Shown here: positions 52,540 to 63,288 of the stretch, in pieces
Layout: each line of letters starts with the position of its first letter
How positions within the stretch are numbered: the stretch's first letter is position 1
Origin: an uncultured Gammaproteobacteria bacterium
GTDB lineage: Bacteria > Pseudomonadota > Gammaproteobacteria > SZUA-229
DNA length: 64,000 nucleotides
Assembly: GCA_963803185.1 (NCBI GenBank)
Contig: CAWDMF010000006.1
Span: 22,779 to 86,778 of the forward strand
Direction: 5' to 3'
Made by a program: the position numbers and the translations under genes
Notes under the pieces: generated by a model
What the model was told of the DNA's origin: nothing
Seen by the model: the letters and a program-made list of their open reading frames with translations, nothing else
Databases searched by the model: none

Positions 52540-53291
52540 TTACACTCACCTATCGAACTGCTTCGACAGCGTTTATAGTCTGACCAGATTGTGTCAGCCA
52601 AAATAGCACCTGTAAAAATAGATTCTTCAATTTCAGCTTCTCTGAATGAGGCTTTGGTTAAGTTTGCTTCGGTAAAATCGGCACCAAGACAGTCTGATTC
52701 ATCAAGTACGGCTTTACTCAAATCAGCCTGCTGAAAATCAGTTTCATGTAATCGTGTTTTGCGAAAGTTTGATTTCTTTAATATTGCCTGGTTGAATTTT
52801 GCTCCTGTTAACTTACTATCTTCAAAGTTTGATTGATTTAACCTGGCAGCGGTAAACACCGCTGACTCAAGCCTGGCTCCATAAAAATCAGTACCATCAG
52901 CTCTGGCTCCGGTGAAATCTGCATTTTTAAGCTGTGACCGGCTCAAACGGCTATTTTCAAGCACCGCATTTTTAAAACTCGCCCCCTGTGCTTTGACCGC
53001 TACCATTCGAACCTTAGGCATTCGTGCCTCATCAAAACGGGTATTGGCAAGCTTTGCAAAGTTGAAATCGGCATTTTCCAGTAACGCACCAGAAAAATCA
53101 GCATTATCAAAATTTGCATTGGTCATTATCGCATTTGATAAATCTTTGTTTTTTAGGTCTTTTCCAGAAAAATCACAATTTGCCCAGTTAACACCGGGTT
53201 CTGCCTCATCCTCACAGGCCGAAAAAGCTGGATTAATAACAATTACGACAACAAACACTAAATATAAACCGTTGACTAGCGCTTTTGACAT
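52536..53291 (-). CDS. Secreted pentapeptide-repeat protein
   Basis: Signal peptide followed by tandem A(D/N)(L/F)xx pentapeptide repeats. Confidence 0.7.
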   Translation of the reverse strand: MSKALVNGLYLVFVVVIVINPAFSACEDEAEPGVNWANCDFSGKDLKNKDLSNAIMTNANFDNADFSGALLENADFNFAKLANTRFDEARMPKVRMVAVKAQGASFKNAVLENSRLSRSQLKNADFTGARADGTDFYGARLESAVFTAARLNQSNFEDSKLTGAKFNQAILKKSNFRKTRLHETDFQQADLSKAVLDESDCLGADFTEANLTKASFREAEIEESIFTGAILADTIWSDYKRCRSSSIGECK

Positions 53292-53412
53292 GGTTTTCTC
53301 ATTTTTTTTACAGGAATTCAGGGTATTTCTTTTTACTTTTTAAACAAATAAGATTTTACAGCGAATCGCCCGAGCAATGTTATCAATTAAAAGCACCTGA
53401 TGCGGAAGAAAA

Positions 53413-55446
53413 TCACCTCCGCTTAAGATTATTCACCATAAACCTTGATGGACTTAAATAATCAATCACTCTTTTGCTAACAGGGTTGGGTTCACCATTT
53501 ATTAATGAGGCGACAATTTCTGCAGACAAAAAACTACTGGTAAAACCTCGAGAACCATGAGCAGCTGAAATATATAAGCCATTTAGATAACTCGCCGGCT
53601 GGTATGTTTTTGCCGTACTGCCAAGTGCTATATCAGCGTATTCCTTATTAAAAAAAGACACATCTGCTACAGCGCCAACAATTGGCACCCTGTCTTTTGC
53701 CATTGTACGAAAACCAACCCATGTTTCACAAATATCATCTTCTGTAAAAATATCAGGATAATATTTACTAAGTGATTCCAGCAGCACCCTGTTGTCATTT
53801 TGGCTAACTTCTAAATCCCGGTTGTTCCTGGTATAAGTTGCGCCAAGGAAATGTTTATTGTTAATCGCCGGGGTAATATGAACCTCAGCATTAAGTATTT
53901 TTTTAATTTGATGAGATGCCTGATTCGCATTTAAGCCGACAACCTGGCCGCGTATAACTTCTACCGGGAACTTTAACGGCAATGCTAAATCATTTATTGC
54001 CATACCATTTGCAATAATTAATATTTCAGTTTCGTTAATTAACTGAGAATCACCCAGGCACTGCCATTTTTTTCCATCATAGTTGATATTGGTCACTTCA
54101 GCATTGATGAAATTCAGTTTATCAGCACATTCATTTTGTAAAACATCAGATAAAATAGCAGGCAGTACGACACCTGCGGATGCATAATTAACGATTACCT
54201 GCCCTTCTTTTTTAGCTACCGATCCGTTATCCAGACCCTCAGCGATAGAAATAAAATCAGTATTCAACTGAAACTTTTCTATTATTTGTGTGATTCGTTT
54301 TTCATCCATCAACTGCAATAACCCATCATCAAACCAGAAGCGCTGCTGGCTTTTTATCTGCAACGAGTTAAATACATACAAGGCATAACAGTAAGCCGCG
54401 GTAAAAAATTCCGTATCTACATCATTGTTAATAGATAAACGCGGATAAACGATGGGCGCGGGATTAGCAGAAGCCTGTTTTTCATTATCACCCTGCTTAT
54501 CAACAATAGTAACCATCCAGCCTCGTTGCACTAAAGCATAGGCAAGACTTAATCCTGCAATCCCCGCTCCGACAATTGTTGCAGCTTTTTTAGATGGCGA
54601 CCTTTTAACTGGCGGCTCAAACCAGGGCTTGTCCTTATACTTAAGGGATGATGATGTTGTATTATTTGATTGCTCGGCAGGCAGTTTTGCGACAAGCATG
54701 TCGCGTTTTTTACCGTAGCCACTTACTTTGCTAACCATAAAACCAGCTTTCTGCAGATTTCGTTTTACCAGTCCCGCCGCGGTATAGGTGCTACATGTAG
54801 CACCATAAGCACTATTTTGAGCGATGCTTGAAAACAATTCCTGTGACCACATAGCGGGGTTTTTTGCAGGTGAAAAGCCATCAAGAAACCAGGCATCAAC
54901 ATTTAACTTATTCTCAGCTAATGCATGGTATACATCCATAAACTTGAAATGGATGACCACACGGTTATCAAATAATCGGCGATTATGTGTGGTCGCAATC
55001 GCTGGCGGATAATTTTCTACCAGTTCATCACACAATGGTTTCAATTCAGGATAGCGTGAGAAAAGTTCAACTATGGTTTCTGCTGAAAGCGGATATTTTT
55101 CAATCGCGACATAATGCAATGTTTTTTCCTCATTACATTCGGCGCAATGTTTCAACCATTCACCTATGGTTAAAATACAGTTTAAGCCACTGCCAAAACC
55201 TAACTCGGCTATGACAAAATCATTACGCCCCTGCCAGCGTTCGGGCAAAGCATTATGTTTAAAAAAAACGTGTTGAAACTCGCTTTCGCCTGAAACAGCT
55301 TCAGCTTCATCTGATGAATAATAAATATCATCAAATAATTCACTGTAAGGCTGGCCATCACGCCAGATTAAATTTGTATACTGCATATAGCCTTTTGATG
55401 TTGAGATTAGGGTACCTCGGATTAAGTCTATAATGTTTCCGCGCAA
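53413..55446 (-). CDS. mnmC: Bifunctional tRNA 5-methylaminomethyl-2-thiouridine biosynthesis protein MnmC (start probably at Met 55386)
   Basis: An N-terminal methyltransferase domain (ELGFGSGLN) and a C-terminal FAD-dependent oxidase (IVGAGIAGLSLAYAL). Confidence 0.85.
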   Translation of the reverse strand: MRGNIIDLIRGTLISTSKGYMQYTNLIWRDGQPYSELFDDIYYSSDEAEAVSGESEFQHVFFKHNALPERWQGRNDFVIAELGFGSGLNCILTIGEWLKHCAECNEEKTLHYVAIEKYPLSAETIVELFSRYPELKPLCDELVENYPPAIATTHNRRLFDNRVVIHFKFMDVYHALAENKLNVDAWFLDGFSPAKNPAMWSQELFSSIAQNSAYGATCSTYTAAGLVKRNLQKAGFMVSKVSGYGKKRDMLVAKLPAEQSNNTTSSSLKYKDKPWFEPPVKRSPSKKAATIVGAGIAGLSLAYALVQRGWMVTIVDKQGDNEKQASANPAPIVYPRLSINNDVDTEFFTAAYCYALYVFNSLQIKSQQRFWFDDGLLQLMDEKRITQIIEKFQLNTDFISIAEGLDNGSVAKKEGQVIVNYASAGVVLPAILSDVLQNECADKLNFINAEVTNINYDGKKWQCLGDSQLINETEILIIANGMAINDLALPLKFPVEVIRGQVVGLNANQASHQIKKILNAEVHITPAINNKHFLGATYTRNNRDLEVSQNDNRVLLESLSKYYPDIFTEDDICETWVGFRTMAKDRVPIVGAVADVSFFNKEYADIALGSTAKTYQPASYLNGLYISAAHGSRGFTSSFLSAEIVASLINGEPNPVSKRVIDYLSPSRFMVNNLKRR

Positions 55447-55634
55447 CCCGAAGGGGCTTAAAGCTGACCCGTGCCAGTGTCATCATTTTTCACCAGGTTC
55501 CTGCATGCTTTCCCGCAAATATCAAGTTATGGGATGCCTTGATCACCAGTAAGCCTGTAAGCCAGAAACATCATAGACTTAATCAGAGCTAGCCTAGTAA
55601 AATAGGCCACCAATTTTAAGCACATCATCATATT

Positions 55635-56375
55635 ATGCAATTAACCGACAAAACAATTTTAATCACCGGCGCCAGCGATGGAATCGGAAAATCCACTGCA
55701 ATAGAATGTGCCAAACAGGGCGCAACGGTGATAATACACGGAAAAACCGTACCTAAGCTCGAAATCCTGTACGATGAAATAATACAGGCAGGTTACACCG
55801 AACCGGTTATTTACCCGTTAGATTTTGAAAAAATAACACCTGAGGACTGTGACACTTTAAACCAGGTTATCACCAAAGAATTTGGCAAGTTAGACGGCTT
55901 ATTTAATAATGCTGGCTGGCTGGGAGCATCCACTCCCATTCAGCAATATGATTTAAAACTCTGGTACCGGGTTTTGCAGATCAATTTAAACGCTACTTTT
56001 ATGTTAACCCAGACATGCATTCCCCTGCTCAATCACGAAAATCCCAGCTCGATAGTTTTTAACCTTGATAACAAAAACACTGCATACTGGGGAGCGTATG
56101 GTGTATCAAAGGCAGGATTAAGCACCCTCATGGAAATCCTGGCCGACGAAATGGAGTCTACATCTGTTAACGTCAAGGGATTACTTCCTGGTACTGTAAA
56201 AACAGCATTCAGAACCCGGGCCTTTCCAGCTGAAGATTCGTCAACACTGACCAGACCTGAAGAAGTAGCGAAAGCTGCCGCTTTTCTACTGAGCAGTGAC
56301 AGCAATACCATAAACAATGAATCTTCTAACGGTAAAACTTTTCAACTTGATGAATTAACCAGTTATGTCAGTTAA
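55635..56375 (+). CDS. yciK: YciK-family SDR oxidoreductase
   Basis: ILITGASDGIGK...NAGWLG...INLNATFMLTQ...YGVSKAG closely parallels E. coli YciK. Confidence 0.85.
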   Translation: MQLTDKTILITGASDGIGKSTAIECAKQGATVIIHGKTVPKLEILYDEIIQAGYTEPVIYPLDFEKITPEDCDTLNQVITKEFGKLDGLFNNAGWLGASTPIQQYDLKLWYRVLQINLNATFMLTQTCIPLLNHENPSSIVFNLDNKNTAYWGAYGVSKAGLSTLMEILADEMESTSVNVKGLLPGTVKTAFRTRAFPAEDSSTLTRPEEVAKAAAFLLSSDSNTINNESSNGKTFQLDELTSYVS

Positions 56376-57106
56376 CTATCCACTGTATCCCGACGATTTT
56401 TCTCAAATATCGACTTCACCAGTACAAGAAAATAGGCAGTGGCAATGCCTGACGCACCAAATATCATACACATAACCATGATTTGATATCTGACAGCAAT
56501 CAGCGGTGATACCCCGGATAGAATCTGCCCAGTCATCATACCAGGCAACGACACAAGACCAACGGCAAATAGAGAATTGATGACCGGTATCAGGGAAGAC
56601 TGCAGCGCAATCTTGCGAGCTTCATCATAAGGAACATTCCTGCTTATTTCCGCATTTAGACGCTCGGCACAAAGGCTGACACTGTTCATTGCATTAGCAA
56701 AGATCATTCCGGCAATGGGAACCACTGACTGTGGCGAATACCAGGGATCGATCGCCAGAACAGCTTGTGTAATTAATACCAGAGTAAGTCCACCGCCAAC
56801 AGCAATCGCAAGCAATGCATGCTTGTACAGTTGAAGCCGTTTGTCAGCTACCGTCCCCAGCGCAATCCAGCTTGAGGCAAAGACCATCACAGCCAAAATC
56901 ACAACGACAATACCAGCACTGTCAGATTCAAAAATATAGGTAAGAAAATACCCGATAAGCAAAAGCTGAACCAGCATTCGTGAAATCGCATAAAGCGCGT
57001 TTGTTGAGTTTAATGACCACTTAAAAAGAATCCCTATGGTCAACAATGCAGGAATGAAGGCAAGTGATAAATTGATTAGCGGGATTGTCTGTAGTGAGCC
57101 ATTCAT
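56372..57106 (-). CDS. fetB: FetB/YbbM-family (UPF0014) ABC-type permease; true start probably Met about 57106, not the track start at 57277
   Basis: VVPIAGMIFANAMNSVSLCAERL...VGLVSLPGMMTGQI matches FetB. No fetA ATPase adjacent. The upstream extension of the track ORF runs into a family-2 repeat. Confidence 0.7.
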   Translation of the reverse strand: MNGSLQTIPLINLSLAFIPALLTIGILFKWSLNSTNALYAISRMLVQLLLIGYFLTYIFESDSAGIVVVILAVMVFASSWIALGTVADKRLQLYKHALLAIAVGGGLTLVLITQAVLAIDPWYSPQSVVPIAGMIFANAMNSVSLCAERLNAEISRNVPYDEARKIALQSSLIPVINSLFAVGLVSLPGMMTGQILSGVSPLIAVRYQIMVMCMIFGASGIATAYFLVLVKSIFEKNRRDTVDS

Positions 57107-57144
57107 ATTTGTTAAACCGAGAATTAAGGCAAAGAAATAAATTA

Positions 57145-57233
57145 CACCACAGAGACACTGAGGACACAGAGATTTTATTATTGTGCGCCGCAGGCACACT
57201 AACAAATAAAAAGTTTTTCTCTGTGTCCTCAGT
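57145..57233. repeat. Family-2 palindromic element copy
   Basis: ACCACAGAGACACTGAGGACACAGAG ... CTCTGTGTCCTCAGTG. Confidence 0.7.
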
Positions 57234-57327
57234 GCGACGTGCATGGATGCACTAATGTCGCAGGTGTACGGATACACAAGAGCGACCTCTGTGGTGAATA
57301 TTTTTTACTTATGCTCTTCTACAGGTA

Positions 57328-58368
57328 TTATTCCATCAAGTTTATTTCAATACCCTGCTCACGCAGATGATCCGCACGTTCATCTACAAAGCGTTGAAAG
57401 TTACTTTGCGTTTTATAGGCACCAGAGGAAACATAATCCATTGCGGTCTGCGTATGAAAGGCTTTTAAATAAGCATCGGTTCGGAAAACTTCTTCACCCT
57501 CGTTATTAAAAAACAACAGGCTCGGCGCATAGTTAACATTCAGTTTTTTCGCCCAGTCGCGTATTTTTATTTTTTTCCCAGCAGGCGTGGTAATCGTTTC
57601 ATTTGACCACATGTCCAGTACCACCACATTAAAACCAGACAATAACGCTACACTCTCTTTACGTTTTAATATATCAAGGTGTAACTCATCACAGCTACTG
57701 CATTTTCTTTGTTCAAACATCACCAGAAGCGGTTTATTCTGAGCGCTTAAATCAGAAACCGAATCGAGCGTATTAATATCATTATGCAGCCGGCCGGTTG
57801 CAGGCTGAGGATTCACTGCGGCCATGTAATCCTGATAACTGAGTTTTTCTTCCTGTTTATTTCCGATGTAATCTAATAAGGCGGTAAATTTTTCAGGCGG
57901 ATAATAACCATTAGCGCGAAATACAATTTTATTGTCTTCATTAAAAAATAATAAAGTGGGGGTATACTGAACCTTCAATGCTTCTGCAAATTCCTTTTCT
58001 GTGTAGATTTTATCGCCTACGGTTACTTCCTGATCGCCCCACAGGTTTATCGCAACCACATCAAAATATTGTTGTGTTTTATTAGCAATATTGCGCTGAC
58101 CAAAATTATCCTGCAGTAACATTTCACAATAAGGACAACCGTCCTGATAATAATAAACCATTAAACGTTTATTGTTATCAGCTGCTTCATTTATATCGTC
58201 GAAAAGATCAAGAAAGGATACTTTAAACCATGCCGGTTTTTCTGCATGTCCGGGATTGACAAAACCTGCAGCAAGCTCACCTTCTGATTTTGCATAAACT
58301 TGTTGCGAATTAATCAAAGAAACAACAAACAGGGTTAGCAGGTACTTTAATGAATGTATTTTCTTCAT
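57328..58368 (-). CDS. Periplasmic protein with two thioredoxin-like domains (CPYC and CSSC motifs)
   Basis: Signal peptide and two CxxC motifs in Trx-like contexts. 346 aa. Specific family not recognised. Confidence 0.55.
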   Translation of the reverse strand: MKKIHSLKYLLTLFVVSLINSQQVYAKSEGELAAGFVNPGHAEKPAWFKVSFLDLFDDINEAADNNKRLMVYYYQDGCPYCEMLLQDNFGQRNIANKTQQYFDVVAINLWGDQEVTVGDKIYTEKEFAEALKVQYTPTLLFFNEDNKIVFRANGYYPPEKFTALLDYIGNKQEEKLSYQDYMAAVNPQPATGRLHNDINTLDSVSDLSAQNKPLLVMFEQRKCSSCDELHLDILKRKESVALLSGFNVVVLDMWSNETITTPAGKKIKIRDWAKKLNVNYAPSLLFFNNEGEEVFRTDAYLKAFHTQTAMDYVSSGAYKTQSNFQRFVDERADHLREQGIEINLME

Positions 58369-58457
58369 TGCAAAGCTCTAGTATAAGAGATACAAATCAC
58401 TCCGTAATAATTAAGCAAAACTTTGCAGACTGATCATGTTGTTCTGCACGTCCTACT

Positions 58458-59426
58458 TTAGCGTTTTTTCTTAACTTTAGATTGTACTGACTTTGGTTTC
58501 TTTCTCAAGTTAAGACTGGCAGGTGAAGCAGAAGTTCTCGACTTTTTGGGCTGACCCTTTGCTTTCGAATGTAATGAGTCGCCAAATAATTGATTTTTCA
58601 TCGACCGTTTTTTAGCTTTATGGCTTCGCAGTGACGCCATCTCGTCACGTGACTCCGGCCACTTCAGTTTCACGTCATTAAATAAAGTTTTTATTTCATC
58701 AAGTGATAACTCGACTTTTTTGCCTACTTTTAAATTTCGCGGCAACACAAGATTACCATAACGTACTCTGGTTAATCGGCTAACACGCATATCCTGTGAT
58801 TGCCAAAGTCGACGCACCTCACGATTTTTTCCTTCTTTTAAAATTACGTGGTACCAGTGGTTGGCTCCCTGTCCACCCGCATCAATTATTTGATCAAACT
58901 TGAGCAAACCGTCTTCCAGCTCAACGCCTTTTAATAAATTGTTAATAATGTCACTGGTCACTTCACCATTTACGCGAACAGCATATTCACGTTCAATTTC
59001 ACTGGATGGATGCATCAAATGATTTGCCAGGTCACCGTAATTTGTAAACAACAACAGACCGCTGGAATTAATATCCAGACGCCCGACGCTTATCCAGCGC
59101 CCTTCGCTTAATTTGCCGATACTTTCAAATACAGTCTTTCGACCTTCTTCGTCTTTTTGTGTACAGATTTCGCCTTCCGGTTTATTGTATAGAAGGACAC
59201 GAATGCGTTTAACATCAGAAGTAATGACAGCACGGCGATTGCCTATATTGATCTTGTCACCGGCTTTTACATGATCGCCAATTTTTGCAAGCTGGCCATT
59301 AATACGAATTTTCTGTTCGCCGATCAGCCGCTCAATTTCACGACGCGAACCGTAACCCATTCGCGCGAGTGCTTTCTGTATGCGTTCCTGCTTTATGTCT
59401 TTAGCTGCAATAGAATCTTGTGACAT
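58458..59426 (-). CDS. rluB: 23S rRNA pseudouridine(2605) synthase RluB
   Basis: S4 domain, RsuA-family core and a Lys-rich C-terminal tail. Conserved scpB-rluB linkage. Confidence 0.85.
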   Translation of the reverse strand: MSQDSIAAKDIKQERIQKALARMGYGSRREIERLIGEQKIRINGQLAKIGDHVKAGDKINIGNRRAVITSDVKRIRVLLYNKPEGEICTQKDEEGRKTVFESIGKLSEGRWISVGRLDINSSGLLLFTNYGDLANHLMHPSSEIEREYAVRVNGEVTSDIINNLLKGVELEDGLLKFDQIIDAGGQGANHWYHVILKEGKNREVRRLWQSQDMRVSRLTRVRYGNLVLPRNLKVGKKVELSLDEIKTLFNDVKLKWPESRDEMASLRSHKAKKRSMKNQLFGDSLHSKAKGQPKKSRTSASPASLNLRKKPKSVQSKVKKKR

Positions 59427-59471
59427 AACTTGATTTCTTGATAAGAGGAAGGATTAGATCGCAAGAAAAAA

Positions 59472-60297
59472 CTAAGCGTTAAAGACCTTTATTTCTGGTT
59501 CTTCCTGCTGCTCAGAATTTTCATCTCGCGAAACAGCGGTATCGCGTAGCGGACTCTTCAGCAACTTGGTTCGTTCAACGACTTGCTGTTCAACTTCTTC
59601 TTCGATATGAGCATCTTCGTCTGTATCTCCTTCATTCAGGCCATTCGCAGTATCGGCTACAGACTCGGTATCATTGCCATTATCGTCAGTGTCAGCTTCA
59701 GTTGAACTATCAGCGTTGCTTTCTGCAGCATCTTCATCTAACGCCAGTTCAGGGTTAATACCGTCTAAATCTTTTATCTCCGCCAGTGTAGGCAGCTGGT
59801 CAAGTGATTGTAAATTGAAATAATCAAGAAATTCTTTTGTTGTTCCATACAGTGTTGGTTTACCAGGCACGTCTTTATGTCCCAGGACTTTAATCCAGTT
59901 ACGCTCAAGTAAGGTTTTGACAATATTTGAGCTGACACTAACGCCGCGTACTTCTTCAATCTCACCACGGGTAAGGGGCTGGCGATAAGCAATTAATGCC
60001 ATCGTTTCCAGTAAGGCGCGTGTGTAACGAGCCGGTTTTTCTTCCCATAAGCGGCCAACCCAGGTGGCATATTCCTGTTTTACCTGTAATCGAAAACCAC
60101 TGGCAACCTGTTTTAATTCATAACCACGCGAAACATAATCATCCGCCATTTGCATGCAGTGCTTGACGAATTTCATCACGTGTTGGGCGTTCTTCATCAA
60201 GTTCGAATAAGGCTTCAAATTGAACTACCGTTAATGCTCGGTCTGCAGCTAATAGTATTGCTTCAAGAATATTTTTAAGTTTACTTATTTCCATCAT
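59472..60297 (-). CDS. scpB: Segregation and condensation protein B with an apparent 1-nt frameshift near 60145-60155
   Basis: The N-terminus MMEISKLKNILEAILLAADRALTVVQFEALFELDEERPTRDEIRQALHANGG* (60297..60139) is in a different frame from the rest (...MADDYVSRGYELKQVASGFRLQVKQEYATWV...ETMALIAYRQPLTRGEIEEVRGV). Deleting one A in gcaaatggc joins them as ...IRQALHAMADDYVSRGYEL.... Confidence 0.75.
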
Positions 60298-60310
60298 TCA
60301 CCCTGTTTTC

Positions 60311-61273
60311 TTATTCGTTATTATCAAGCTGAACCATGTCAGACTGAGAGCCGACTGCTTTTAAATGAATCGGTGCAAACGAGTCAGCCTGTACCAGATC
60401 GATTAACTGCTCTTTAACCAGCTCCAAAATAGCCAGCAGTGTAACCACAACACCACGGCGCCCTTCATCGATAGTAAATAAAGTTGTGTAATTGGTAAAC
60501 CCGTCAGCACTAATGGCACTCAGTATATTGCTCATGCGTTCACGTACCGACAGTCCCTCACGTTGAATATGATGATGTGTATACATATCAGCACGCGCCA
60601 TCGCATCTTTAAAAGCAAACAACAGATCTCGCAAATCGACCTCTGGTACCGGTCTATCCTGGTGTATTTCTGGTGGTTCGATATCAGTCAGATAAATTTC
60701 ACGCCTGAGACGAGGCAATTCATCAATATTCTGTGCTGCAGTCTTAAACCTTTCATATTCCTGCAAACGGCGAATCAACTCCGCACGTGGGTCGTCTTCG
60801 TCTTCACTTTCAGCCTGTCGTGGTAACAGCATGCGTGATTTAATTTCAGCCAGCATCGCGGCCATCAACAGATATTCTGCTGCCAGCTCTATTTTTAAAT
60901 TCTGCATCAACTCGATGTACGTCATGTACTGGCGCGTGGTTTCTTCCAGTGGGATTTCCAGGATATCCAGGTTCTGACGTTTTATCAAATACAGCAATAA
61001 ATCCAGCGGGCCTTCAAAGGCCTCAAGAATGACTTCCAGTGCATCGGGGGGAATGTATAAGTCTTTAGGAATAATAGTGAGAGGTTCACCCTGAACCAGT
61101 GCAAATGGCATTTCGCCCTGAGCGGTTACCTGGGCGGCAACCTGGTCTTTTTTGTCTGACTGCCCGGAACTTTTTTTCTTAATAATGGCCTTTTCAGCAG
61201 CTGCTTTTTCCACAGCCTGTTCCTGCTGTAAAGCCTGATGCTGTTGAGTTTCCTGAATGTCTGGATTTGTCAT
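60311..61273 (-). CDS. scpA: Segregation and condensation protein A
   Basis: LLYLIKRQNLDILEIPLEETTRQY...ELAAEYLLMAAMLAEIKSRMLLP. 320 aa with an N-terminal extension. Confidence 0.85.
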   Translation of the reverse strand: MTNPDIQETQQHQALQQEQAVEKAAAEKAIIKKKSSGQSDKKDQVAAQVTAQGEMPFALVQGEPLTIIPKDLYIPPDALEVILEAFEGPLDLLLYLIKRQNLDILEIPLEETTRQYMTYIELMQNLKIELAAEYLLMAAMLAEIKSRMLLPRQAESEDEDDPRAELIRRLQEYERFKTAAQNIDELPRLRREIYLTDIEPPEIHQDRPVPEVDLRDLLFAFKDAMARADMYTHHHIQREGLSVRERMSNILSAISADGFTNYTTLFTIDEGRRGVVVTLLAILELVKEQLIDLVQADSFAPIHLKAVGSQSDMVQLDNNE

Positions 61274-61299
61274 ATTTGCTGATTATTCTTTATCGACGC

Positions 61300-62517
61300 C
61301 TATAAATAGGCAATGCCCATCGCTTTTCTAACATCTTCCAGTGTATCACGTGCAACTTCTCTTGCGGCCTCAGTTCCCTCATCAATTATTGCTTTAACTG
61401 TTGAAAAATCCTCTTCATACTCTTTAGCTCTATCCTGCATCGGCTTTAATTCTGCCAGTACCGAGTCAATAATTGGCTGTTTACACTCTACACAGCCAAT
61501 CGAGGCAGATTTACAGCCTTCTTTCACCCATTCACATGTTTTATCATCTGAATAAACTGCGTGAAATTGCCAAACCGGGCATTTGCCAGGATCACCGGGA
61601 TCGTTACGACGCACTCTGGCCGGATCCGTTGGCATGGTGCGTATTTTTTTCGTTACCGTATCGGGGTCATCGCGTAATGCAATCGTATTGTTATACGACT
61701 TGGACATTTTCTGGCCATCAAGCCCGGGCATTTTTGAGGCCGGGGTTAGCAACGCCTGTGGTTCCGGTAAAATTATTTTGCCGGAACCTTCAAGGTAACC
61801 AAACAAACGCTCTTTATCACCAATGGATATATTCTGTTGTGAGTCAAGCAAGGCCTGTGCCACACTCAGTGCTTCAACAGCCCCTTTTTCCTGATAATCT
61901 TTGCGATACTTAAAGAACATACGGGCATTTTTTTTGCCCATTTTAGCAGCAGCCTGATGCACTTTTTCTTCAAAGCCCAGTTCCTGTCCATAGAGATGAT
62001 TAAAACGTCGCGCCACTTCACGGGTTAACTCAACATGTGCAACCTGGTCTTCGCCTACCGGCACTATACCCGCCTTGTAAACCAGAATATCAGCGCTTTG
62101 CAACAAAGGGTAACCCAGGAAACCGTAGGTCGCCAGATCTTTTTCCTTTAACTGCTCCTGCTGATCTTTGTACGTCGGCACTCGCTCCAGCCAGCTCAGA
62201 GGCGTAATCATCGATAATAGCGTATATAACTCCGCATGTTCCGGTACTTTTGACTGTATAAATAACTTCGCCGAACCCGGACTGATACCTGCAGCCAGCC
62301 AGTCAACTACCATCTCCCAGGTGCTTTGCTCAATAATAGAAGGGTCATCATAATGTGTGGTTAAGGCATGCCAGTCAGCAACAAACAGGAAACACTCGTA
62401 TTCATGCTGTAATCGAACCCAGTTTTTTAATACACCGTGATAATGCCCCAAATGCAAACGACCGGTAGGTCGCATGCCCGATAAAACGCGCTGATGTTGT
62501 GTTGCTACGGTATTCAA
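61300..62517 (-). CDS. trpS: Tryptophan--tRNA ligase with a Cys-rich insertion; start placed at TTG 62517 to avoid overlap
   Basis: SGMRPTGRLHLGHY (HIGH-like) and KMSKS. The insertion is GKCPVWQFHAVYSDDKTCEWVKEGCKSASIGCVECK. The track ORF from 62589 overlaps the M50 gene. Confidence 0.85.
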   Translation of the reverse strand: MNTVATQHQRVLSGMRPTGRLHLGHYHGVLKNWVRLQHEYECFLFVADWHALTTHYDDPSIIEQSTWEMVVDWLAAGISPGSAKLFIQSKVPEHAELYTLLSMITPLSWLERVPTYKDQQEQLKEKDLATYGFLGYPLLQSADILVYKAGIVPVGEDQVAHVELTREVARRFNHLYGQELGFEEKVHQAAAKMGKKNARMFFKYRKDYQEKGAVEALSVAQALLDSQQNISIGDKERLFGYLEGSGKIILPEPQALLTPASKMPGLDGQKMSKSYNNTIALRDDPDTVTKKIRTMPTDPARVRRNDPGDPGKCPVWQFHAVYSDDKTCEWVKEGCKSASIGCVECKQPIIDSVLAELKPMQDRAKEYEEDFSTVKAIIDEGTEAAREVARDTLEDVRKAMGIAYL

Positions 62518-62534
62518 GTTTTTTAAATCCTTTG

Positions 62535-63188
62535 TTAAAGCCCAAAAATAAAGCCAATAATATTGACGAAATACAGCACAATCGGCCACATGATTTTACC
62601 GAGTATTCCACTGACAAGTAATATTAAAATAATAATCATGCCGAATCTTTCCAGTTGCATAAACGGTATAGCTAAATTCGTTGGCAAAATACCTGCGACC
62701 ACACGTCCACCATCCAGGGGCGGAATCGGCAATAGATTCAACACCATTAGAACAATGTTAATGATAATGCCCTTTTCACCCATCTCCGCCAGAAAAACCA
62801 GCAATTGCGATTGTTCCAATGACATATGAGCCAACTGGATAAACATTGCCCAGAAACAGGCCATGAAAAAATTCGACACTGGACCGGCCACAGCAACCAG
62901 CGCCATATCAAGCAACGGTGATTTAAAGTAACGTGGTTCAACAGGTACCGGTTTCGCCCAGCCCAGAACAAATGGGCTGACCATCGCCAGAAAAAGCGGT
63001 ACCACCACCGTTCCCATGGGATCAATATGTTTTATCGGGTTAATCGTGATTCTGCCCAGTTTTTTTGCTGTGGGATCACCTAATTTATTTGCCACCCAGC
63101 CGTGTGCTGCTTCGTGCAAAGTGATAGCAAATAGAACAGGCGCCGCCCAAACGGCGATGGTATAGGCAATATCAGGAATTGAAGACAT
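62535..63188 (-). CDS. M50-family (site-2 protease-like) membrane metallopeptidase
   Basis: HEAAHGW zinc motif in the first TM region. 217 aa, polytopic. Confidence 0.8.
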   Translation of the reverse strand: MSSIPDIAYTIAVWAAPVLFAITLHEAAHGWVANKLGDPTAKKLGRITINPIKHIDPMGTVVVPLFLAMVSPFVLGWAKPVPVEPRYFKSPLLDMALVAVAGPVSNFFMACFWAMFIQLAHMSLEQSQLLVFLAEMGEKGIIINIVLMVLNLLPIPPLDGGRVVAGILPTNLAIPFMQLERFGMIIILILLVSGILGKIMWPIVLYFVNIIGFIFGL

Positions 63189-63288
63189 TAAGGAATATTA
63201 ATTTTTCTGTAGCTTTTTATAAGCGCGGAGTTTACACGATTCACTATGTTGCATCACTGCTAACACATAATTAACTATTTACTGCTTG

